Part shown: piece by piece, positions 13,151 to 26,895 of the stretch | Layout of the letters: each line of letters starts with the position of its first letter | Position numbering within the stretch: position 1 is the first letter of the stretch | From: the human T2T-CHM13v2.0 reference genome, Homo sapiens | Strand: one strand, 5' to 3' | NCBI RefSeq assembly: GCF_009914755.1 | Contig: NC_060935.1 | Length of the DNA: 64,000 bases | Program-made: the position numbers and the translations under genes | The notes under the pieces: model-generated | Seen by the model: the letters and a program-made list of their open reading frames with translations, nothing else | What the model was told of the DNA's origin: nothing | Database searches by the model: none

Positions 13151-14283
13151 AGGCAGGACGGTTCTGCCCACCACACTCTGCAGCCTTGGATGGTGCCAGC
13201 CACCGGTGTTATTTTTGGAAGGAAGGAAAAGTGCTGTTCTAGGTGGAGAAGGCCCACTTTCTAGTCCTGGCTCTGGCAAGAGCTGGCAGTGGGACCCTGG
13301 ACAGGACCCTCAACCACCCTGAGCCTGGGTTTTCCTGTCTGCAAAATGAAAGACCAGGATATCTGAGCAGAAGCTTCATCAGTGCTCCTGACGCAGTGAA
13401 GGAAGCCTGAGCTGGGACCTCCTATGTGGTCTTTGATGCAGGCTGGGTGTCCCCCTGTCCTGATGTTTCCTGACAAAGGGGTTTTCTGGGATATGGGGCT
13501 GTCAGTTTTAAAACCAAGATGGTCCTGGACAAATGGGGTGAGTTGGTCGCCCGCCACTGAAGGTCCAGGCAGCCTGCAGCGACAGGTTTGCCCAGGGCAC
13601 ATGCCTCCACTAGCAGCAGGGCCAAGTAACACTGAAGCCTCAGCCTTTGACTCTGAACTGAATGTTCTTTAAAAAAAAAAAAAAATCAGGGGAACAGTAC
13701 AACTGCCTGGCATTTTGCTGTGAGTGCAGGAAGGGACTGTTGATGACTTTTCCTTCATTCGTTAATTAAAATGACAGGCCAAGCCTGCCCCATCTGTCTG
13801 TCTCAAAGCTCGCCCACAAAGACCATGCTGGCGGGCCATGGGACAGGCCACAGGGGTCTCCTTGTGAGGCAAGTTCCCAAGTCCCTCTGGTGGGGGAGGG
13901 GAGTAGATGGCCCCACAGCTACAAAACCAGAAATGTCCTCCTCTCCCGGGAACCAGACTCAGTGTGACAGTCACCTGATGTCCTGGGCTTTGTAGGGAAG
14001 GCTGATTCTAGGGCTGGGGGCCCACCTGCAGCCCGTGGTCCCCCCACCAGGATCACCTGCCCAACCTGGATGGCACAGAGCTGTTGAGTGGGAGGCCATG
14101 AGAAACCCAGGCCAGGCCCATGCCGGAGGAGAAGGCCACTGCTGCCGTCCACCCCTGGCCACCAACCTCCCTCCACTCACTAGGGCCACTGAAAAGTTTG
14201 CTTCTCTTCCAAGTGCTGATGCTTCATTAAGAGACTGGTGTCACCAGAGGGGCAGTTGTAAAAACAGTTAAAAGTAGGAGGCT

Positions 14284-14695
14284 CATATAATTTGGCTATC
14301 TGTCCCCTCCAAATCCCATGGTGAAATTTGATCCCAATGTTGTTGGTGGGGCCTGGTGGGAGCTGTTTGGGTCATGGGAGTGGATTCCTCATGAATGGCT
14401 TGGTTCCATTCTCCCGGGGCTGAGAGAGTTCTTACTCCTAGTTCCCACAAGATCTGATTGTTAAACAGAGTCTGGCACTTTCCTCTTCTCTCTCTTTCCT
14501 CCTCTCTTGCCATGTGATGCCAGCTCCCCTTAGCCTTCCGCCATGAGTGGAAGCTTCCTGAAGCCCTCACCAGAAGCAGATGCTGGCACCATGCTTCCTG
14601 GGCAGCCTGCAGAACTGTGAGCCAAAGAAACCTCTTTTCTTTATCAATTACCCAGGCTCAGGCATCCATTACTGCAATGCAGCTGAACTAAGATA
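14284..14695 (+). mobile_element. MaLR LTR (MSTA/MSTB-like)
   Basis: ccctccaaatcccatggtgaaatttgatcccaatgtt..ggggcctggtggga..cctcaccagaagcagatgctggcaccatgcttcct..aactaagata. Confidence 0.88.
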
Positions 14696-14737
14696 GAGGC
14701 TGACACATTGTAATGGGAAGTATTTTAATGATGTCCC

Positions 14738-15026
14738 CTTTTTTTTTTTTGAGACGGAGTTTTGCTCTTTTTACTTGCCAGCTTGGCATGATCTTGGCTC
14801 ACTGCAACCTCCAACTCCCAGGTTCAAGTGATTCTCTGACCTCAGCCTCCCAAGTAGCTGTAATTATGGGAGCCCGCCACCAGGCCTGTCTACTTTTTGT
14901 ATTTTTAGTACAGACGGGGTTTTGCCATGTTGGCCAGGCTGGTCTCGAACTCCTGACCTCAGGTAATTGGCCTGCCTCGGCCTCCCAAAGTGTTGGGATT
15001 AGAGGCGTGAGCCACAATGTCCAGCC
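14738..15026 (-). mobile_element. Alu (AluS-like) with target-site duplication AATGATGTCC
   Basis: Reverse Alu; direct repeats at 14727-14736 and 15027-15036. Confidence 0.93.
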
Positions 15027-15043
15027 AATGATGTCCTTTGGAA

Positions 15044-15265
15044 GGGGTTCTGCAAATGTTCTAGACCAGGCAACGGCCCAGAGAGTGAACATTCCAGGCT
15101 TTGAGGGTGGATGGGTGGTCCCTGTTGCAACTACTCACTCTGCTAGTTGTGGCACAGAGGCAGCCATGACAATATGTAAATGATGGGTGGGGCTGTGTTC
15201 CAATAAAACTTTATTTACAAAAACAGGCAATGGGCCAGATTTGGCCTGTGGGCTGCAGTTTCTAA
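15044..15265 (+). mobile_element. MER58A-like hAT-Charlie DNA transposon relic
   Basis: ggctgtgttccaataaaactttatttacaaaaacaggc..gggccagatttggcctgtgggc hallmark. Confidence 0.85.
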
Positions 15266-15649
15266 AGATAGGCTCTAAATATTCTAACGACATTTAAGTC
15301 CACACAAATAATACATGTACATGGCATATAACTATGTATAATAAAAACTAAGAAAAGTCTCAATCTTGCTGCAGAAGCCATGCTGACATTACTGTGTACA
15401 GGTGTGCCTGGCTTGATGTAACACCTGAGCTCTGGAAAAGAGGCAAGGAGAACGCGTTTTAGAAATGAGATCATCTGTGAGATGCCTGAGAGGTTCAGAA
15501 GGATCACATGGGGAGTACTTTCTGGAAAACAAAGAAACACCTCTTTACTTTGTCTAGGTTTTTATGCTCTGGTTGGCTCCAAGTGGGGATAGACCTGAAT
15601 TCTGGCTTAATGAGTAATAATTCATAATTAGAGTAATTAGTGTAATTAT

Positions 15650-15870
15650 TATGCTACGGCCTTTGAGCACCTTCCACACACCAGGCGTTGTTCTAAGTGT
15701 TCTGTGGGTTTAACTAATTGAATCCTCATAATGACCGTATGAGGCAGGAGCTGTGATGACGCTCACTTTACAGGGGAGCAAATAAAGCAGAGAGGTTGAG
15801 TGATTTGCACCAGAACACAGGGCTGGAGGCAAAGCCAGGCTGTCTGAACCACTGTGGGTTACTGAACGAT
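15650..15870 (-). mobile_element. MIR SINE
   Basis: aatcctcataatgacc.tatgagg..cactttacagg..agagaggttgagtgatttgc. Confidence 0.7.
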
Positions 15871-16509
15871 AGTGATACTGAAGCACTGTTGATTCCTGGC
15901 CAGGTGGGGGCCAGTTCCCCGACAGCTCACAGCCCTCCCAACCCAGACAATGACAGAGAGAAAGGAAAGAACCCTCAGGGGAGGCGTTGGTCCTAGCAGC
16001 ATGTTCTGGAGAAAGAACTGGAGAAGGAATTGGTGATTTACTGTCCTGCCAGTATCTGAGCTGCTGGGAGGGCACCCTGGGATGCTCTGAGAAGATTTTG
16101 CCAGGAGATCCTGCTCTGTATCAAAAAATTTGAAATTGGAAATGGTGGACCAAATGCTGGGCTGGGTAATGCCAGGGAGGAAGGACACGGTGGGGTGAGC
16201 AAGGCCAAAGGCAAAGCAAGGCCCCACACCTAAAAATGGGTGCAGGAACATCTGGATAAACGTTTACAGTTCACACCCCATGCTGGTTATGGCTGTGTTT
16301 TATGATTCCCATCTCAATGAACTGGCAATGTGTCAGAAGACAAGGCATCTCCTGGGCACAGCAGGTGTGTGCTGGTCTGTGGTTCACACTTTTACTCCCA
16401 CCTACAACACTCTATACCTGCTATCTCTATCAGTTGAACTCCTATTCATTCTTCAAAGCGCACTGCAATAGCCACCACTTCCAAGAGGACCTTAATGCTG
16501 TCCCTCACG

Positions 16510-17015
16510 TGACACTGTGTGCTTAGAGGGAGGGGACTAAGTCTTCTTTCTCCACCACACCCAGCTCCTGTCACAGACTCTGGCACTCTTCCCAGCTTGC
16601 TGCCTGCTGCAGCGGCTGGAAAAGCCAGACACTTGCTATTGCAGCCTTTCCTGCAGTTATGGATGGTCATGACCCTATGGAATAGTTTTGGCCAAGGAGA
16701 CCCAAGGCCAAGCGGACCCGAGGTCTGCTGGGACCTCTGGGAAAGGCTGGACTATTTGGAAAGGGAGTGGGGGTTGGGGAACTGCTCCCTGGCACCCCCT
16801 CCTTTACGTTCCTGAGTAGGACGTGCTATGGGGACATCATACTTGGAGCTATGGCTGCCATCTTGCCACCATGAGGGAGAGGCCAAGAGGCCTTCAGAGA
16901 TGTCACTGCCCGTGCAATGGATGCTAGCTGTGCCCTCCTCTGGACTCGCCATTGTGGTCTCAGCCACTGTGAGTGAGGTTTTTTATTACTTGCAGCCAAA
17001 TGCTTTCTAATGAAC
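16510..17015 (+). mobile_element. Old ERVL/MaLR LTR (LTR33/LTR16/MLT1J-like)
   Basis: gccatcttgccaccatgaggga..; 3' end ttattacttgcagccaaatgctttctaatgaaca. Confidence 0.55.
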
Positions 17016-18514
17016 ATAATGTGAATATTTGGAGCTTGGAGTGAGGGGGCAGGGTAGTTATTAATTAGAAGATACGGGCAAAACACTGGGATGGCTTCCT
17101 GACAACTTAAGAGGTCTCCGAGTTATATTCTGGGTTGGGAAACACTGACCCAGCCCTTATTCCTTCAAGGACTCTAGTCATTGGCAAGGAGGATTCATGA
17201 GCCCCGGTGACACAGATGGGGGCCCTGCTCTATATTCAACTGTCCAGAGAAGATCTAGTCACAACCCCTCATCTCAAATGGACTTTGGTTCAGAAAACAG
17301 AACTAAGGAAAAGTGGTTTCCTTGGACTCAACCGGTCTGAATTTCCCACTAACCACAACACTGACTTCCTGAGCAAGCTGGCTAATCCCACGTATACAGG
17401 CAATTACTTGTACATCACAGGGCTGGGGACAACACACACCAAGGCTGAGAAATCTCTAAAAAGCCAAGTGAAGTAAAGGGAGACAGAGTTTAGGTACAGA
17501 GGGGAACTTAGCAACGGAGTGGATCAGAAGATACAGCCAAGGCCCACGGTCTGGTCTGGACCTGATGAGTGGATGTCTGAGGCCAGACGCTGCCTCTGCT
17601 AATGGGTCCCTCTGCTAGACCTGAGGACCAGCCTGTCCACAGACTGGGCTTCCAGACACCCCAGACAAGCCACACAGTTGCAAAGTCTTTGTCATTCAAT
17701 GCATCCAGCTGAGCGGCCAACATCCTCCTCCTGGATTCAGCACGTGGTGCCGAGTCTCCTCTATCCTTTAAGTGTTCCTAGAACCCGGGCCACCACCCAC
17801 GATTCTGAAAATTGGCCTCGCTCGAATGAAACCCTGCCTTCCCTCTGACCTTCCATGACACCACTGATGCCCTGTCTTTGTGACCGGACCCTTGGCCACA
17901 GCATGGGGGCTGAAGCGTCTCCCAATGAGGTAAAGGTAAGGCTGGTTGCCCCTGGACAACCCTGCTCATTGCACCCACCCAAGGAAGTCCACCATTAATA
18001 TGACCACGTCCACTGCTGAGATGACCTCCAAGAAGCGGGCAGGCAGGGAACCCTCAGAGCACCAGGTCCAACACAGCACGTCCCACCAGAAGCCCTGTTG
18101 AGGGCTCCGGAAGCCAGGCTCCCCCTGAGCCCGAGATGCCCACTCCCTCTCACACTGCTCTGCACTCGACCACCAAAGCCAGGGTCCTTGCGTACCCATT
18201 TCCCAGATGTGTGCAAACTTCTCGCTGAGGAAGACACATCTTAAGAACGAGCTGCTTGTCCCAGTCGTAGGCTCGCTCCTTCTTTTTGCAGAAGGTTCCA
18301 GCCCTCTGTTCCCTTCCACCATCTCCACTGGCATCCTCACTGCCATTTCCCATGGTGTCCAGTTCATTTATTTTGTTAGGGGGCCCCCTCCAAAGACAAA
18401 AGACAACCCCTTGCACCAATTTTCCCAGGTCTTCAGCCCCAGCCAGTTTCTCACTTTAAATCTTCCCCATTCTCCAGGACTTCCTGATTTCCTTCTCATT
18501 TTCCTTCTTGTTCT

Positions 18515-18811
18515 TTTGTTGTGTTGTTGTTTGTTTGTTTTTGAAACAGAGTCTCACTCTGTCACCCAGGCTGGAGTGCAGTGGCACGATCTTGGCTCAC
18601 TGCAACCTTCACCTCCTGGGCTCAAGCAATTCTTCTGCCTCGGCCTCCTGGGTGGGAATACAGGCATGCGCCACCAGGCCCAGCTAATTTTTGTAGAGAT
18701 GGGGTCTCGCTTTGTTGCCCAGGCTGGTCTCAAACTCCAGGGCTCAAGGAATCCTGATGCCTCAGCCTCCCAAGGTGCTGGGATTCCAGGCATGAGCCAC
18801 CACGCCCAGCC
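18515..18811 (-). mobile_element. Alu (AluJ-like)
   Basis: Reverse Alu dimer with (TTG)n tail. Confidence 0.92.
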
Positions 18812-18902
18812 TCCTGCCTGTTCTTTATTAAAGCTGGAGTTATCTGTCCTGCCTCTCCCTGCCTCTCCCTGCCTCTCGACCTGCTCATTTCCAGTCTGCT
18901 AA

Positions 18903-19217
<315 letters not shown>

Positions 19218-20629
19218 CAGAACTGGTATTTTTCTAACTGCGAACTGTTTGGTCCATGCCCCTGACCCCAAGTCCAGGCTGCACAGGTATTCATTTGCCT
19301 TGACATACATCCTCCAGATATCCCCAGGTTACCTCCAAGCTCCAACACACTCACTCTCCTTAGCCAGGGGATCTCAGCATGCTCGCTAGGACAACCTTCC
19401 TCCCCCGCCCTCACATGACTGGGAAGAAGAAGACACCAGGCCCGTAACAGGTGACGGCACGGGGTCATCCGTGCAAATGCAGGTAGTAAAACACGGCTGA
19501 CCGCAACGCTGGGCTCTGGCAGGCCGGGTACGCACACCATGCCAAGCCCCATGGGGAGCCCCTGCCCTCATTCTCTCTCTCACACAACACACTGTGGAGG
19601 GAGGCACCATTTTCTTTCCCATTTTACAAACAAGGAAGCTGCGGCTCAGAAAGGTCCAGTGAGGAGCTCAAGGTCACACAGCTGGCAAATGGCGGAGCTG
19701 GGCATCCAACCCCCGAGGCCAACTGCAGAGCCTGTTCCCACCACCAGCAGCCAGCCAGCCCCCTTTTGAGGAGCAGGGCAGGCCTATCCCCGGACCATCA
19801 GGGAGGTGGGAGATCTCCCTGCACCCTCGGCCCCCTCTTTTGGGGTGTGCACCTGCCTGGGGCAGTCCCTCTGTGCCTGGCAGCAGCGGAGGCTTCCAGC
19901 CATCAGCTGTCTCCCCATGACCAGTACAAAGGGCTGTGTCCCATTCCCCTGTGCTGGGGAGAAGTGGGTCAGGGCTGGGCCTGGGTCCTGCCGAGGAACA
20001 GAGGGCACCTCCACTGAACGGGAGGCTTGGGAGGCCCGGTGCCATCTGTCGTGCTGACTATACGCCCCAGGGCCTGGAACGGTGTCTGGCGCATTTTGGG
20101 GTATCATGAGGATGTCTGTGGCCTGAGCAACAGAGGCCACCGCTGCCCGCTGCCACACCCCAGCCAGGCCCTCTGGCCCATGGAGTGACAACTAGAACCG
20201 GTGCCCCTCCCTCGGGACCCTGGACGTCCACCTGCCAACAGTTGTGTGATCCATTCCCAAATCCACAGAGCCCAGGGTGACTGTGGCCTTTGGGGCTGCA
20301 CAGTCCCTTCCCAGACCCCTGTGATCACTGTGACTGGAAATGACTTGGGGTCCCACGGAGGCCGACGGGTGGGACAGGGGTCGGTGGAGCAGGCAGCATG
20401 CAGTCTGCACAGTCTGAGAGAGGCGGCATTTCCTGTCCTTTTCTACTGCATGTCTTGGCCCTGGGGAAGGGAGCAGAACTCCTGCAGCCTCGGTTTCTCC
20501 ATCTGTAACGTGGGGCCATCGCACCCCATCCCAGGGAGTTACACACTCACAGCTAATGTCGGCCAAAACAGCCTCTGTCAGAGCGGGTTCTCAACCTCTT
20601 CAGTCTATGCATTGAACGCTTGCAAGCAC

Positions 20630-21085
20630 TCTGTGAGTGTCCTGTGACGGCTGTAACAACGTAACACAAACTTGGCAGCTAGACACATTTAGCCTCTTAC
20701 AGTTCTGGGGGTCCGAGGTCTCACTGGGCTAAGACTGAGGTGTTGGAGGGCGGGCTCCCCACCCAGGCTCCAGAGGAGGGGCTGCTTGTGTTCTCTGGTT
20801 TCTAGTGGCCACCACGTTCCCTGACCCATGATCATTCCTCAGATCACTCCAGCCTCCGCTCCCATCGTCCCAGCTCCCCACTCTCTGCCTCTGACCCCCT
20901 GCCCTCTGATGAGGATCCCTGTGATGGCACAGGGCCCACCTGCATTCGCCAGGACCATCTCCTAATCCACCACCAGCTGATTAGCTGACAAGTCCCCCTC
21001 TGAAGCTTCATTCCCCTTGGCCGGGTGAAGTCACACACTCACAGGCCCCAGGGGTTAGGACATGGATGTCTCTGGGCTCCACAGT
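20630..21085 (-). mobile_element. MaLR LTR (MLT1 family)
   Basis: gctgtaacaa..cacaaacttggcagct..cttacagttctggggg..ctcacaggccccaggggttaggacatggatgtct. Confidence 0.78.
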
Positions 21086-22782
21086 TCACTTGGCCATGCC
21101 ACCCCAGCCTCTCTCTCTTTCCCTGGTGAGGCTCAAGGTGGATGAGGCTTTAATATGGAGTGGGGGTGTTTTCAACAATCTTTCGCAGATTGTGGGCTGA
21201 CTCATCCAACTGCAGGCACCGTCCTCCTTGTGGGGACTCTCAACAGGATGCAGGCACACCTCAGATTGGGCACCAGCAAGCAAGCAGGCAGGTCCTGCGG
21301 CCGAGATACTCCCACACTCTTCCTAGTAAATCACACTCTCCCTGGGTGTGAACCATCCCCGTCAATGCTCAGACCACAGGCCAGTACCCACTTAAAAGGC
21401 AACTGGCTCTGGGGTGCTGGTGGCCCAGCTGACAGGTGCCCTGACTTGCAGGAGGACTCAGAGGACACTGGCTGCTCGGGGATGCCTCTGCATCTGTGCC
21501 TTGGGGCTGCCGGCACCTGCTGGGAGGGTCCTGCCTCTTGAAGCACACAGCGGCACCGGCTCTGCCAAGTCCCCCGTTCTCTCTCTGCTGCTCAGCGTGG
21601 GGTCCCTTTTCTCTTGGCAAAGTCTGACGGCGGAAACCCCCTGAATAAACAGCTCCTGCACAGAGATGTTTCTCCGCGGCTCAGGATTCGCACTGGAGGA
21701 GAATTCAGAAGTCCAAGCCCATCATTTGATGCTGCCAAATTTCCGCCAGCCTCAGCGGTAACCTTCTCTGGCAAGGTTAAAGGGTCTATCAGATTCCCGG
21801 CCCAGAAACTAATTAGATAAAGAGGAAACCTGGGCCCCCTGGGGTATCTCCTCAAAGGCCGAAAGGTGCACATCCACCACATCCACCCCACCATGCCCAG
21901 AAATGGGACCCACCAGCGGCACTGCCTCAGCCACCCTGGACTGTAACCATCCAGGCTCTCAGCCGGATCCCTGCTGTACCTCCACAGGGGAGAGGCCAGC
22001 TCATTCGCATGAAGGGAGACTGAACGGACGCTGGGGCACGCTGAGCTCCCCAGATTACTCACAGCAACCCTCCTGCCCATGCCTTTTGGTTTGGGAGGCG
22101 ACCCAAGCCCAGTACCTAATGGAGTGACTGGGGTGGGAGCACGAGGCAAGGGTATCCAGGCTCCACAGAGAAACCCCTTTCTGGATACCAGAGCTCTAGG
22201 TTTTAGCAACAGAAACCACCTCCAGAGATCTTGAACACTGTGGGGTTCTGCACGGGCTTCAGGTCAAAGATGTGGAGGGGCGGACATCACCGGGCTTTAT
22301 AATAACAGGGTCTGGGCATGCTCGGGGTGAAATCTAAGGGAAACGCATCTGGGTGTGGCCTTCCCCCAGGCAAGGGGCTGCGGCTTTTCCCTTTCAGAGA
22401 AACAGGAGTTCGACAACCTGGAGAAGAGTATAAGGCAGCCCAAACCTGCTGGAGGGTGCTTTGTGAGAGGGCCTTTGACCCACAGGCCAGGTTCCAGGAC
22501 TGATCCGACAGAAACGCACCCTCAAGAGCACCACAAGGCGGGGCCAGGGCTGCTGCTGCTACTGCCACTGTCTGAACTGGAAATATTTGAGCCATCTCCA
22601 GGGGACATGCTGGGTCCACCCCACCCCCGGACGGTTACTAGGAAGGACACTGTCTACACGAACCCATGGGCATGGAAGCTGGGCACCAACAGAGTGCAGA
22701 AACAAACTGCAGGATGCTGTGTGGCGGAGCCCGCTGTGCCCCACAAATACATGAGAGGAGGACACAATGATGTTGCAAAGGC

Positions 22783-22870
22783 TGGCGGGAGGATCACCGA
22801 AGGTCAGGAGTTTGAGACCTGCCTGGCCAACATGGTGAAACCCTGTCTCAAACAAACAAATAAATAAATA
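22783..22870 (+). mobile_element. Alu left-arm fragment
   Basis: ggatcacc.aaggtcaggagtttgagacc.gcctggccaacatggtgaaaccctgtctc followed by an A-rich tail. Confidence 0.85.
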
Positions 22871-23509
22871 AGGCTGGTGGGCACAGCCAGCCATGCACAG
22901 TGGCCCCTTCTGGGAAGTGGGACCAGGAGGATGATATTGACTTTCTATATTTCTGCATTCTTTGAATATCTTGAGATGGAAAAGTGGGCACTGTTGTTTT
23001 CTAAAACAGACAATGAAGATGGGAGGGAGAGAGGGAGGAAATGGGGGAGGCAGGTAGGAGGAAGTTTCCGGTTTGCCCAAGGCCACAGAGAAGGAGGCCT
23101 GGAGCCCTTGTCCTCCCAGGTCGGGGAGCATCCTGGTTCCTTTGTTGAACTCACTCTCTCAGGACCCAAGAGCAGCCGTGGATGGAAGAAAATGAAAAGA
23201 CAAAACGCAAGTCCTAAGCACAGGAGGATGACGTGAGGATGGGGAATGACACTGCTCTTCACCGCACCACCGAGGCATGGGTCAGGTGTTACCCTGAAGG
23301 TGAGGAAACCGAGGCCAGGGGTTAGGTGACAAGTCTAAGGCAGATTGGCTGGAGAAGGGCAAAGCTGGGACGCGGCCGAGAGGGTTGGTGTGACCGCTGA
23401 GCCACATCCCCTGTAAGACGCCGTCTCCCTGATGGCCTCAGTTTCCCTGCTGGTCTCTCCACCAGGCTCACCGCTGGCTCAGGATTTGACAATTACCGCT
23501 CCCTCCTTT

Positions 23510-23643
23510 TTTACTGAAATTTTTTAATTTTATTTTTAGAGATGGGATCTTGCTTTGTTGCCCTGGCTGGTCTCAAACTCCTGTGCTCAAGCAATCCTCC
23601 CACCTTGGCCTCCTGAAGCTCTGGGATTCCACCGTGCCTGGCC
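23510..23643 (-). mobile_element. Alu monomer (FLAM-like)
   Basis: tttagagatgggatcttgctttgttgcc..ggtctcaaactcctg.gctcaagcaatcctcc. Confidence 0.85.
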
Positions 23644-23842
23644 ACTTCCTCCTTTCTTTTCCTTAGTCCTAACCTTCTTCCTGTCTCTGGCCAGCTCTCA
23701 CCTCAGCGAGCTCCACTCTGCCGTTTCTGTGTAATTCAGCAACATGCCCTCTTCCCCACCCAATCCGTGCTGCTTTTAACACTTTCCTTCCACCCCTGGA
23801 ACTTGCCGCCTTCTACCGATGGTGCATCTCTGTGTCTGTTAG

Positions 23843-24479
<637 letters not shown>

Positions 24480-24659
24480 TAAATGAATGAAAAGAGAGAG
24501 AGAGAGACCTGGGTCCCTGTCCCTGCTACTCACTCTTCATATCCACGGCCCCTCTCCCAGGGTCTTCACTGTCCCCGTCCCCCTACCCAGTCATCACCCT
24601 TGAAGTGTGAAAAATGGCTCCCAGAGCCTGAAACCATGAAGGTTCAAAGGCACACTCCT

Positions 24660-24937
24660 GGCTGGGCACGGCGCATGCATCCCAGCAGTATGGGAGGCAG
24701 AGGTGGGAGGATTGCTTGAGGCCAGGAGTTCAAGACCAGCTTGGGCAACCTAGAGAGACCGCATCTCTACACACACACAAGATTAGCCAGGTGTGGTGGT
24801 GCACACCTGTACTGTGGCCCCAGCTACTTGGGAGGCTGAGGTGGGAGGATCACTTGAGCCCAGGAATTCAAGGCTGCAATGACCTATGATTGCACCACTG
24901 TGCTCCAGCCTGGGCGACAGAGGGAAACCCTGTCTCT
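24660..24937 (+). mobile_element. Alu (AluJ-like)
   Basis: ggctgggcacgg..ggaggattgcttgaggccaggagttcaagaccagc..ccagcctgggcgacagag. Confidence 0.92.
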
Positions 24938-26304
24938 TAGCCCCCTACCCCCACCCCAAAGGCATACTCTCTGGTTTCCTAGGAGAATCCGGTTTGGTAT
25001 CTCACACTCCCTTCACCCAGGAAGCACAGGCTGTGGAAAGAGTGTCAAGGTGGGAGCAGGTAAACCCTTGGCCCCTGTCCGTCACTCAGTGTGACTCAGT
25101 GAGTGCCTGAGTCACACTCAGGGCCAGGGACAGTGCCCCTGGCCCTGCCAATCCAGTGAGCGTTGTTGGTCCCAGCCCTGCCCTGTCTGACCGGCTGCAG
25201 CCCTTCTGATAGGTCACATGCCTCACTCTGCCTCAGTGTACCCTTTAGGAAGAAGAAGGGACTCCAGAGATCCCTCTTGGCTCAAATGCAAAGGTGAGGA
25301 TAATTTGGGAAAAGAGGCAGGACAATTACTTTGTGCATTTTGGCAGTGGGAATGCTGTGCTGCAGAAAGGTGAGGCAAAGGACCCTGGGCAAGGCCTGAC
25401 CCCAACACCACCTTAGTCCCTGCCTGAGGTCCCTGACCTCAGTCCAAGCCATTCCCCCAGATGGTGTGGCCAGAGGACTCCAGTTCCTTAATCCCTGCCT
25501 TCCCATCTGACAGTCCCAGAGGCTTGGCGAAAAAACCCCCAAAAAACAAAAAACTGGCAAATGAAACCCAGGAAAGAAAAAAGCTCCCAACCTCCAGTCT
25601 GGGCCCCTCTCTTCCAATCTGCTTTTGAACTCGCTTTTTCCACCCTCCTCCTGCCGCCCAGAAAAGAGCTGCCATCTTCCTGGCTCCTCCCCTTCACTCA
25701 TCTTGGAGGCCTCAGAGCTCCACGGGGCCAACTCCAGGCCAGGGGACCTGGGACACATGGTGCCAGCTGTTATACCAGGCATTAGACCACCGAGCCAGCC
25801 TCCACCTTGACCTTGGGGGCAGTAGAGTCAGGTTTTAATCAGCACATGCCCTGAAGAGCTAAGCCCTGCTTGTTGGTTGGCAGGGCCTGGGAGTGCAGCC
25901 TCTAGTCCTGACCCATCTGACCAAGCTCCCTGACAGGGAAAGAGAGGGAAGCAGATTCTAAGCTGGACCCTCCCGAAGACTTGGATGGGCTGCATCTCTT
26001 TGTAATCCTAAGCATGGGGACAGGTGCCCAGTGCTTCATTCTGTCCTGGAGAGAACGGGGCAGCAGAGCCCTAGGGAGGACAGGGGGCAGTCTCAACTCC
26101 TTAGACTGCCCTGAGCACTTTTCATGACATACTCCTTGGCACTGGGGACACAAGTCTCCTTCTCACTGGGGCCATGCTATCCTCTCCTTCCCATGAAGTG
26201 AAAATTTATTGAGTGCTGACAATGTACCAAGTACTGCCTATAGAGAGGTCTGAGCACACTGCCCAACTTTGGTCCCCACCCTTACCCCAAGTCACAGATT
26301 CAGT

Positions 26305-26895
26305 CAGCCACCCACCCACTCACCCATCCATGCATCCATGGGTCCACCCATGCACTCATCCATCCATCTGTCTACCCATTCATTCATCCACCTATCCAGC
26401 CATGCCCCCACCCACCCACCCATCCACACACCCATCCAGCTCCCCTTCCTTCCTTCCTTCCTTCCATCCATCTATCCATCACCCATCTACCCATCCATCC
26501 ATCCATCCACCCATCCACACACCCATCCAGCTCCCCTTCCTTCCTTCCATCCATCCATCTACTCATCCACCCATCCATCTATCCATCCATCCATCCATCC
26601 ATCCATCCACCCACCCACCCACCCACCCATCCACACACCCATCCAGCTCCCTATCTATCCAGCCATCCATCCTTCCTTCCATCTATCCATCATCCATCTA
26701 CCCATCCATCCACTCATCCACCCATTCACACACCCATCCAGCCCCTCATCTATTCATCCATCCATCCATCCTTCCATCTATCCATCATCCATCTACCCAT
26801 CCATCCATTCATCTATCTACCCATCCACACACCCATCCAGCTCCCCATCTATCCTTCCTTCCTTCCAGCCATCCATCATCTGTCTATCCATCCAT
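26305..26895. repeat. Compound (CCAT/CCAC/CCTT)n simple repeat with a higher-order period of about 100 bp
   Basis: The landmark acacccatccagc recurs five times inside the tetranucleotide array. Confidence 0.92.

Noticed and set aside
21592-22209. 205-aa minus ORF, and similar about 200-aa ORFs at 7573, 9347, 26946 and 52943
   Set aside because: No domain similarity or phased splice structure; ORFs of this length are expected by chance in GC-rich DNA, and several start at non-ATG codons.
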